Below the pieces are notes generated by a model. It was not told the DNA's origin. It worked only from the letters and a program-made list of their open reading frames with translations, and did not search any database. Both the position numbers and the translations under genes were made by a program. A stretch of DNA of 64,000 nucleotides. It comes from Candidatus Multivoradales bacterium. GTDB taxonomy: Bacteria > Acidobacteriota > Thermoanaerobaculia > Multivoradales > Multivoraceae. Of this stretch, positions 56,622-64,000 are shown in pieces. The stretch lies in NCBI GenBank assembly GCA_965223325.1, contig CBDCWI010000001.1:544001-608000 (forward strand), in the 5' to 3' direction. The stretch's first letter is position 1, and each line of letters starts with the position of its first letter.

Positions 56622-57902
56622 ATGTCTGACCAGAGAACCACGTCGCGCCGAGAACAACTCGAACTAGACCGTCGCCGGTTTCTCCTCGGGCTCTGCGCCG
56701 GCGGAGTCGCCACCGCCACCGCTCCAAGTTGGAGCTTTGCCAAGGTGCCAGGGTCTCGGAAGTTGGTCTTCGTCATCCTGCGCGGGGCGATGGACGGACT
56801 GGCTTCGGTGGTGCCCTTCGGCGATCCTGACTATCGCCGCCTGCGCGGCGCCTTGACGCTTGACCGCCAGGGCACCGTTTCTCTTGCCGAGGGTTTTGCG
56901 TTGGCGCCGGGCCTGGCACCGCTCGAGCTCTTCTGGAAGAAACAGGAACTGGTGGCGCTCCACGCCATGGCCATTCCCTACCGCACCCGCAGTCACTTTG
57001 ACGCTCAGGCGATCCTCGAGACCGGCCTCGACCAACCGCGCGGCTCCTCGGACGGTTGGCTCAACCGACTCCTCCAGGTGATGCGGGGCCAGCTGTCGGG
57101 CATCGCCATCGCGTCCGGCATGCCACGCTCGCTGCAAGGCGACTTTCCGGTCTCGACCTGGAGCCCGTCACGCGGTGCCGGCGCCGACGACACCTACCTC
57201 GAACGCCTCGCCTTCCTCTATCGCGACGACTCTGTCCTCGCCGATCCCTTCGAGGCCGCCCTGGTGCTCGATGAAACGGCGGGCACGATAGATTTCGAGA
57301 GTCCACCGGGCGGCACCATGGCCCCCGAAGACAGGGTGACGGACCAGAACGACAACCAACGCCACCAGATGAGCCAGCGCCCCCGCGCCGGTGCCGGAGT
57401 CGACCGACTGATGGCCGCCGCAGCACGGCTGATCCGCACCCCCGAAGGTCCCAACGTAGCGGCGCTCGAAATCAGCGGTTGGGACACCCACGCCGGTCAA
57501 GGCGGAGCCGGCGGTCTGCTCGACCGTCGTCTCGAGGCGCTCGCTAGAGGTCTGGTGACTCTGCGGGCCGAGCTGGGCGACACCTGGCAGAACACCACGA
57601 TCGTGGTGATGACTGAGTTCGGCCGCACGGCTGCCCCCAACGGCAGCGGCGGAACCGACCACGGAACGGCCGGCGCAGGCTTCGTCATCGGCCCGGGGGT
57701 GCGAAAGAGCCAGGTGGCAACCGACTGGCCCGGCCTCCGAGCCTCGGCGCTCTTCGAGGGGCGTGACCTGCGACCGACACTTGATACGCGCGCAGTGCTC
57801 AAGGCCGTCGTTGCCCACTCTTTCGGTTTGACCACCGCGCAGACGCACCGCGTGTTTCCTGACTCGAGTGCGGTGCGCCCGCTGTTTGATCTCTTTACCT
57901 GA
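56622..57902 (+). CDS. DUF1501 family protein, Tat-exported
   Basis: RRRFL Tat motif, LRGAMDGL, RSHF.AQ, GWDTH, TEFGRT..NG..GTDHG. Confidence 0.92.
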   Translation: MSDQRTTSRREQLELDRRRFLLGLCAGGVATATAPSWSFAKVPGSRKLVFVILRGAMDGLASVVPFGDPDYRRLRGALTLDRQGTVSLAEGFALAPGLAPLELFWKKQELVALHAMAIPYRTRSHFDAQAILETGLDQPRGSSDGWLNRLLQVMRGQLSGIAIASGMPRSLQGDFPVSTWSPSRGAGADDTYLERLAFLYRDDSVLADPFEAALVLDETAGTIDFESPPGGTMAPEDRVTDQNDNQRHQMSQRPRAGAGVDRLMAAAARLIRTPEGPNVAALEISGWDTHAGQGGAGGLLDRRLEALARGLVTLRAELGDTWQNTTIVVMTEFGRTAAPNGSGGTDHGTAGAGFVIGPGVRKSQVATDWPGLRASALFEGRDLRPTLDTRAVLKAVVAHSFGLTTAQTHRVFPDSSAVRPLFDLFT

Positions 57903-59526
57903 GTCGCCCGAAGTAGCGTTCACGCACGGCCCGCTCGCCTTCGACATCCCCTTGCGCCCAGAGAACGTCGGCGCGCTTGAGGTCGAGACGCGCCCGACCA
58001 CCACCGGCGTCTTCCGGCAGCAGCTCGAGTGCCTGCAGGTAGTGGGCGTCTGCCAGATCGCTGTTCCCGGCGAGGAACGCCGCATCGCCGGCTCGTTCCA
58101 GCCACACAGCTCGGGCGCCCGAATCTCGAAGGAGAGCGGCCCGGCCCCGAGCCAGCTCCTCGGCTTCAGATGCCCGAGCCTGACGGAGCAGGAGACCAAA
58201 GCCGGCCACGGCTGTGAGTTCTACCTCGACCTCCGCCTGGCTCGAATCGGCTGCCAAGCTCGACGAGAGACCCTGCCATGCGGGCACCCAGGCCTCGGCA
58301 GTTGCCGGATCTCCCAGCGCTTCGGCAAGGCCGGCAATGAACGCCGGGAAGCGCGGATCGGTCTCGAACTGCGGGCCGAGCGCCGCTAGCTCGGCCTCGG
58401 TTTCCGGCCAACGCCCCTCCTCTGCCAGCGCGAGAATTCTCGCCGCGCGATAGAGATCAGATTCTGGTGTCTTCTCCACCGCTACGGCCAGGAGGAGGCT
58501 GGCTTCTTCGAAGTCATCACGCGCGAGGGCGCTGCAACCTGCCCGGAAGGCACTCCACCCCTCCTTCAGGAGCCGTCGGCTCGCGGGCTCCGGCTGCTCG
58601 GCGGTCGGGGTGTGGTCGTGTTCGAAGAGCACCGGCGGACAGTGCCCCACTGGGGACTCGGCAAGGGCACTCCAGCGTTCGATGAACAGACGCCGGCGCC
58701 CTGGTGCTATGAACTCCTGGGGCGTAGCGACCTGTTCGCTCGAGATCACCAGGTCGTCGATCCAGTAATCGACTTCGGAGTCGTCACCACCGCGGTCGCC
58801 AATGAACGAAAAGCGATCGACCGCACTGCGCCTGGCTGCCGACGCAGTCGGCTGCTCCGTGAGCGTGACCACGGGTTCGCTCTGGCCTTCTTCGAAGACC
58901 GTCAGGTCGTAGGTCGCGCGATCGAGGTCGAGCACCACATCGAAGTGATACCAGACAAAGAGCTGCGGCCGCAGGATGGCGCGCGGAATGCTGTCGGAGC
59001 GGTGTTTGAGAATCCCATCCTCCAGGGAGAGCCAGAAGCTGATCCCGTCGCGCTCGTGCTTGAAGCCGGCTGGCCCCGCCAGCGCCGCGTTCATCTCGTG
59101 ATCGGTCTCCGTCAAGAGAAGGGCGAAGTGCAGCCAGACACGTCCCGTGCGCCGCGCCTCGAAACGACCCAGCAGCTCCGGAAAGTCGCCATCGCCGGCG
59201 ACGTCGCGCACCACCACCGAACGATCGCCACTGGTCCGAAACACGGTACCGAGGCGCACGACTCCGGCACCATGTTCGAAGACGGTGAAGCGATCGGGAC
59301 CGGTGCTCAGATCCTCGTGCGACTCGAAACTGGTTCCCAGAAGCAGTCCGGGAAAGATGCGTGCTTCCTCGGCGCTGACTTCGGCAGTCCGAGGCTCGAG
59401 AGCGTGGGCCGAAGGCTCGGACGATGTGGCGCTCGACGGACCGACCGCCAGCAACAGGCCAGTCAAGAGGAGGACCGCCTGCGGACCGCAGCAGAAGAAC
59501 CGGGTTCGCTCTCGAGAGACCGTCAC
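57895..59526 (-). CDS. Exported protein with lectin-like beta-sandwich domain and TPR-like C-terminus
   Basis: GTG 59526 in GTGA overlap with the upstream gene. Signal peptide, W..F...LD....YD and YWIDD strands, helical C-terminus. Confidence 0.65.
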   Translation of the reverse strand: MTVSRERTRFFCCGPQAVLLLTGLLLAVGPSSATSSEPSAHALEPRTAEVSAEEARIFPGLLLGTSFESHEDLSTGPDRFTVFEHGAGVVRLGTVFRTSGDRSVVVRDVAGDGDFPELLGRFEARRTGRVWLHFALLLTETDHEMNAALAGPAGFKHERDGISFWLSLEDGILKHRSDSIPRAILRPQLFVWYHFDVVLDLDRATYDLTVFEEGQSEPVVTLTEQPTASAARRSAVDRFSFIGDRGGDDSEVDYWIDDLVISSEQVATPQEFIAPGRRRLFIERWSALAESPVGHCPPVLFEHDHTPTAEQPEPASRRLLKEGWSAFRAGCSALARDDFEEASLLLAVAVEKTPESDLYRAARILALAEEGRWPETEAELAALGPQFETDPRFPAFIAGLAEALGDPATAEAWVPAWQGLSSSLAADSSQAEVEVELTAVAGFGLLLRQARASEAEELARGRAALLRDSGARAVWLERAGDAAFLAGNSDLADAHYLQALELLPEDAGGGRARLDLKRADVLWAQGDVEGERAVRERYFGRLR

Positions 59527-60233
59527 TCGATCGCCTCGCTGCGCTCGAGCTCGGTTCGATACTCGTGCCACCAGCGCCACCAGCCTTCGATCGAGAGGCG
59601 ACGCTGGTCGATCGATGCCGCCGCGTCGTAGCCCCGGCGCTGGCCGGTCTGGACCTTGAGCACTCGAATGGCCAGGTTGCGCTGTTCAGGGGATGGGTCA
59701 CTGAGCGTGTGGATCAGTCGCTTCAGGAGGTGAAGCCGCTGACGTTCGGTGAGGTGGATCTGGTCATACGCCAGGCTGCATGCCGCCTTGTCGCGAAACA
59801 GGTGGGTCTCGCCGCGCTGCATGTTCTCGAACAACGCGTCGACGACCGCGTCATCGTTCGAGACACGGCCGAGCGCGTATTGGACCTGGATGCGCAGGTT
59901 GCGATGGTTACTGCGAACATCTCTCATCAGGACATCACGGGCGGCTTCCGAGGGAATCCCGAGGCGATAGAAGAGCCAAGCGATTTCGGCGCGTTGATCT
60001 TCATTGCCGGTCGGGTAGAGCGCGACCAGCTCTTCGATGGCGGGCGGGCCAAGCGCACGAAGGCCCTCGACGTCACGCGCCTCGACGAGGTGGGCAACAT
60101 CGGGGGCAGGGCTAGCGGAAAAAGAAGCGATGGGCGAAAAGAAAGCGCCCAGGACAAGCGAGACGAAACAGATCAGAAAAGAAAAACGGTTCAGGCCGGT
60201 CCAGAGGTGTGAGGAACGATGGTGCACGGCCAC
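59523..60233 (-). CDS. Exported HEAT-repeat protein
   Basis: Hydrophobic N-terminus and LR..VQYALG, FR..AA..L, L.DP..E.R.LA...L repeats. Confidence 0.65.
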   Translation of the reverse strand: MAVHHRSSHLWTGLNRFSFLICFVSLVLGAFFSPIASFSASPAPDVAHLVEARDVEGLRALGPPAIEELVALYPTGNEDQRAEIAWLFYRLGIPSEAARDVLMRDVRSNHRNLRIQVQYALGRVSNDDAVVDALFENMQRGETHLFRDKAACSLAYDQIHLTERQRLHLLKRLIHTLSDPSPEQRNLAIRVLKVQTGQRRGYDAAASIDQRRLSIEGWWRWWHEYRTELERSEAIE

Positions 60234-60453
60234 TCTCCATGGAGAGCAAGGTGCATGCCAATTAATTTATTACCAGTTTATCTAGTATTTAGGCGATTCT
60301 GCTCTCCCCCACCGATCGGTGGGTGACGAAAAACGACGGCGGTGCACCCGCCAGCCGACAGCGTTTGACCACCTTGGCCGGTACCATGCGACCCGTCCCA
60401 GCGTCCCGTCGGGATCTCTACGCGCCAGCCACACGAAAACCGGAGCCGCCACC

Positions 60454-61596
60454 ATGGACCGACCGCCGAGCCAGCTCGCCCCTCCACGAACCCCCGGCCG
60501 AGCCAGGAGGCTGCGAGCTCGCGCCGGGTGCCGCCTGGCGCTCTCGTGCGCCCTGGGCATCTTCGGAGTCTTCCTTCTCGACCCAGGCTCGGCTGCCAAC
60601 GCCCAGGAGTCGTCCGAGGGGACGGTCGATGGGTTGCGTTCCGAGCTCGATTCGCTGCGCACATCGCTCGGCCACCGGCTCGATACCTTGTCGCGACAGG
60701 TCGACGATCTGATGTTCTTCCAGCGCCTCGGCGACGTCGCTGAGATCGACATTCTCTGGATCACCGGACCGCCGCTGCGCTACCAGCCCAACCCGACCGC
60801 TCAGGGCGCCGGGAACCCGTTCCGCTTCTGGACCTACGTCTTCATTCCGCGGCAGATCGATCAGACGGCTCGCCACCCGTTGATCGTCCTACCGCACGGC
60901 GGAGTCCACGGCCACTTCGACACCCGCTACGTGCACATCCTGCGCGAGCTGCTCGAACAGGGCTACACCGTCACGGCGCCCGAGTATCGCGGCTCAATCG
61001 GCTACGGCCGATCGACCTACAACGCCATCGACTACGGTGGCACTGAGATCGAAGACACCTACGCAGCGCGCAACGAGGTCCTCGCGAGCTATCCCTTCCT
61101 CGACCCAAAGCGCGTCGGCATCATCGGCTGGAGCCACGGCGGCCTGCACACCTTGATGAACGTCTTCGAACACGGCGACAGCTATGCGGTTGCCTATGCC
61201 GGGGTGCCGGTCTCCGACCTGATCGCGCGCATGGGCTACAAGAGTCAGCGCTACCGCGACTTCTACGAGGCCGAGCACCACATCGGCAAGAGTGCCGCCG
61301 AAGACGTCGAGGAGTACCGCCGCCGCTCCCCTTCGTGGAACACCCACAAGTACGACGGCACACCACTCTTGATCCACACCACGACCAATGACGAGGACGT
61401 CAACGTCTTCGAGGTCGAGCGCCTGATCCAGGCGCTCCAGGCCAACGGCACGCCTGGCTTCGAGTACGAGATCTACGAAGACGCCCCGGGTGGGCATGTC
61501 TTCGATCGTCTCGATACTCCGGCCGCCCGCAAGATCCGTCAGAAAACCTGGCGCTTCCTCGCCCGCCGCTTGCAGCCCGCCAACCCGCCGGACTAG
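60454..61596 (+). CDS. S9-family alpha/beta hydrolase/peptidase
   Basis: PHGGVH, PEYRGS.GYG, GWSHGG, NDEDV, GGH. Start chosen at ATG 60454 after GGAG. Confidence 0.88.
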   Translation: MDRPPSQLAPPRTPGRARRLRARAGCRLALSCALGIFGVFLLDPGSAANAQESSEGTVDGLRSELDSLRTSLGHRLDTLSRQVDDLMFFQRLGDVAEIDILWITGPPLRYQPNPTAQGAGNPFRFWTYVFIPRQIDQTARHPLIVLPHGGVHGHFDTRYVHILRELLEQGYTVTAPEYRGSIGYGRSTYNAIDYGGTEIEDTYAARNEVLASYPFLDPKRVGIIGWSHGGLHTLMNVFEHGDSYAVAYAGVPVSDLIARMGYKSQRYRDFYEAEHHIGKSAAEDVEEYRRRSPSWNTHKYDGTPLLIHTTTNDEDVNVFEVERLIQALQANGTPGFEYEIYEDAPGGHVFDRLDTPAARKIRQKTWRFLARRLQPANPPD

Positions 61597-61605
61597 GGAG
61601 CTGGC

Positions 61606-62007
61606 TCATGCCTCGGGCGACACTGCGGGCGGTTGCCAGAGCTCGACTTTCGTGCCGTCGCAGTCGAGCACCCAGGCAAAACGCCCGTACTCTTCGTCGA
61701 CAACATCTCCGACCTGCTCGACGCCCTCTCTGGCCAGGCGCTCGAGCACTGCGTCGAGGTCGTCGACCCGGAAGTTCAGCATGAACGGCGCCGGACTCGG
61801 ATCGAAGTACTCGGTGTCACCCGGAAAGGGCGAAATGACGGTCATCCCGACAGTCTCCGGGTCGTCCTTTTCGCGCCACTCGAACAACCAGCCGTAGCCA
61901 TCGTCGGCCAGCGGCACGCCCAGCTTTTCGCGGTACCACTTCTGCATGCGCGGCTTGTCGGGGGTCTTCCAGAAGACGCCACCCAGCCCGGTGATCTTGT
62001 CGTTCAT
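61606..62007 (-). CDS. VOC/glyoxalase family protein
   Basis: KITGLGGVF, WY...LG, MLNFRVDDL, YGRFAW..D.DG.KVELWQP. RBS GGGAG. Confidence 0.9.
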   Translation of the reverse strand: MNDKITGLGGVFWKTPDKPRMQKWYREKLGVPLADDGYGWLFEWREKDDPETVGMTVISPFPGDTEYFDPSPAPFMLNFRVDDLDAVLERLAREGVEQVGDVVDEEYGRFAWVLDCDGTKVELWQPPAVSPEA

Positions 62008-62084
62008 ACTGACTCCCTTGGGTGATTCTCCGAGAGTGTAGACCAGCTCGATAGGGCCCAAACCGAGCGCAACGGGGATCGATC

Positions 62085-62975
62085 TCACGGCCCCAGCCCA
62101 GGAACGATTCGCTTCTCGAGCTCGGCGCGGGTCGCGTCGTCTACGGCAACCGCCCGTCGTTCCACCAGATCGAGAGTCACCGCCACCGCTTCGGCGCTCG
62201 CAAGACCTTCACCGGTGTCGGCATCCAGAACCCAGTGGCAGAAGTTACGGGTCTTGCGCCCCTGGGCGCGAAGCCCACTCCGAACCTCGAGACGCTGCCC
62301 TGAGAGCGCCGGCCGCCGGAAGACGAAACGGTACTCGAGCGCTGCGCCGCCAATGCCGTCGGCTTGCGAACGGTCCTCGCCGCGCAGGTCCTGGACCAGT
62401 GCCGGAATGCCCTCGGAGAGCACCGCCATGAATCCGGCCGCGGTGAGACGTCGATCGGCTCCGTAGTGGATCGCTGGCGCCTCGCCGAGGAAGATGCGCA
62501 CCAGGCCGAGCTCCTGCGCCTCGGCGAGCGAGATCTCCTCGCGCGGAGGCGCCATGTCGATTCCGCGCGGCCGGGCCGCCTCCGACCTCTCGGTGCTGAA
62601 CTCGGCGAGGCGCTCGGGCACGGCGTGCACGACTGCTCCTTCGGGGAGCCGGTAGCTGGCGACGAAAGTCGCGCACAGGTCGTCGTCAACCAAGCGTCGC
62701 ATCTCGCCGTAGAGCTCGAGATGAGCGGCGGTCAGAGACAACACTCCACCGCGGAAGACATAGGCCGCGCCGGCGCGCAGCTCCCTTTGAAACTTCACGT
62801 GGTACGACTCTGCCCGACCGAGCGCCGGGCCCGCCACCAGCCCGGCGGCTGAGAACAGCCGGTGCGCCAGCCAGGAGAACCCCGACTCCGCATGGCTCAT
62901 GTAGAACTGGACGTTGAGGTGCCCCATCGCATCGCACTCCCAGGTCTGCACACTGCTTCTCGCTAGCTCGATCAA
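62085..62975 (-). CDS. Double hot-dog acyl-CoA thioesterase
   Basis: VQTWECD.MGHLNV.FY in the first domain, GGAALEYR and LDL..RRA in the second. TTG 62975 (or GTG 62978) after AAGGAG. Confidence 0.85.
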   Translation of the reverse strand: MIELARSSVQTWECDAMGHLNVQFYMSHAESGFSWLAHRLFSAAGLVAGPALGRAESYHVKFQRELRAGAAYVFRGGVLSLTAAHLELYGEMRRLVDDDLCATFVASYRLPEGAVVHAVPERLAEFSTERSEAARPRGIDMAPPREEISLAEAQELGLVRIFLGEAPAIHYGADRRLTAAGFMAVLSEGIPALVQDLRGEDRSQADGIGGAALEYRFVFRRPALSGQRLEVRSGLRAQGRKTRNFCHWVLDADTGEGLASAEAVAVTLDLVERRAVAVDDATRAELEKRIVPGLGP

Positions 62976-63158
62976 CACACTCTCCTTCCGCCACGGCAAG
63001 TGGCTATCCCACTGGCGCGCCACCTTACTGGGTTCCGGCGCGACTCCTACTCCATCCACGCCGCGGCTCGGTCGACTGCGGCTGGATCGCCGCCTGGAGC
63101 CCCCTTTTCAGGCGCAAGCACGGAGTCGCGATAGAATGAACTGTTCGGGTACCTTGAT

Positions 63159-64000
63159 ATGAGCACTCCCACCCCTACCCCCAGACCGGCCAGCGCCAAG
63201 GCGGCGCAGCGTCGGCTCCGCCTCGGAGACCTTCTGCTCCGCGAAGGCCTGGTGACGCGCGAGCAGATCCAGAAGGCGCTCTCTCGCCAACGCATTCTCG
63301 GCGGCCTGATTGGCACCAACCTGCTCGACATCGGGGCGGTTCCGGAGGAGCTGCTCCTCGAGATCCTCGGCCAGCAGGTGGGTACGCCGACTGTCGAGGC
63401 CACGATGCTCGACAACATCGATCCCCAGGTCCTCAACCGGCTGCCCAAAGACATCGTCAAGCGCTACCAGGTGGTGCCCTTTCGCATCGACGGCGGCACG
63501 CTGCTGGTTGCCTCGACGACTCCGCATCAGCTGGGCGTCGAAGAGGAGATCAAAGCGTTGGGCGGCACCATGGCGCGCTCCTACGTCGGCCTCGAGGTGC
63601 GGATCTGGGAAGCGCTCGAGCGCCACTACCGGCTCCGCCCACCCCTGCGCATGGAGCGCCTGCTGAAACGACTCAACACCGCCGATCCGGCCCTCGACAC
63701 CCAGGAACTACCGCGTGACATGACGCGTGAGACGGCGCCGCTCGATCGCCTCAAGGTCCCCGAGGCACGCCCCACAGCACTCGATCTCCTGGCTTCAGGT
63801 TCCCAAGAGGAGCTCTTGGGGAGCGACGACAGCTTGTGGCGCGGGCTCGACCTCGACGAGGTCGACCGCAAGGCGCGGATGGACGCTCGGGCTCGAAACG
63901 CACAGGAAGAGCTCCGGCAGTCAGCCGAACAGGATGCCCAGACCTTTGGCACCAGCGATCTGGTGAAGATCGTCGACGATGGCCCCCTGCGAACGGCTCT
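63159..64000 (+). CDS. MshEN/GSPII-E N-terminal domain protein, partial (runs off the window's right edge)
   Basis: Not in the ORF track because it has no stop. RLGDLLLREGLVTREQIQKALSRQ followed by IGTNLLDIGAV, matching the MshEN c-di-GMP motif; then RYQVVPF..DG..LLVA. Confidence 0.85.
   Translation, partial: MSTPTPTPRPASAKAAQRRLRLGDLLLREGLVTREQIQKALSRQRILGGLIGTNLLDIGAVPEELLLEILGQQVGTPTVEATMLDNIDPQVLNRLPKDIVKRYQVVPFRIDGGTLLVASTTPHQLGVEEEIKALGGTMARSYVGLEVRIWEALERHYRLRPPLRMERLLKRLNTADPALDTQELPRDMTRETAPLDRLKVPEARPTALDLLASGSQEELLGSDDSLWRGLDLDEVDRKARMDARARNAQEELRQSAEQDAQTFGTSDLVKIVDDGPLRTA

Overview
GC-rich bacterial chromosomal window of about 40 genes, most likely from Acidobacteriota (Thermoanaerobaculia-like). 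That taxonomy is an inference from Acidobacterial VWA proteins, a Cys-bounded FWFF-N-E C-terminal domain and an FxxGFES tail. Main contents in order: (1) a UreH/NiCoT-like Ni/Co permease; (2) a poly-Asp/Calx-beta secreted protein, an ECF sigma and a zinc anti-sigma, with a convergent membrane-anchored TPR-CHAT caspase-like protease; (3) a FabR-like TetR repressor divergent from a complete 17-kb myxobacterial-type PUFA synthase (pfa1/pfaD, pfa2/pfaA with 3 ACPs, pfa3 KS-CLF-AT-DH-DH-DH-AGPAT), with a perfect 20-bp FabR-type operator between them; (4) a convergent S9 peptidase, FAAL-ACP and GNAT cassette that looks like an amine/peptide lipidation module; (5) an HUH/Y1 (RAYT-like) transposase bracketed by four copies of a non-canonical hairpin repeat, and nearby a non-coding 244/245-bp tandem array ending in a 115-bp CTAG-bounded MITE-like unit; (6) housekeeping and envelope genes (tam, GST, aceE, FadD13-like ligase, two VWA-Ig proteins, beta-barrels, serine hydrolases, DUF1800/DUF1501, VOC, thioesterase, MshEN protein). 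No rRNA, tRNA or CRISPR array was seen. Family calls come from motif recognition by eye, not database searches, and several start codons were moved from the ORF track using RBS and overlap evidence.
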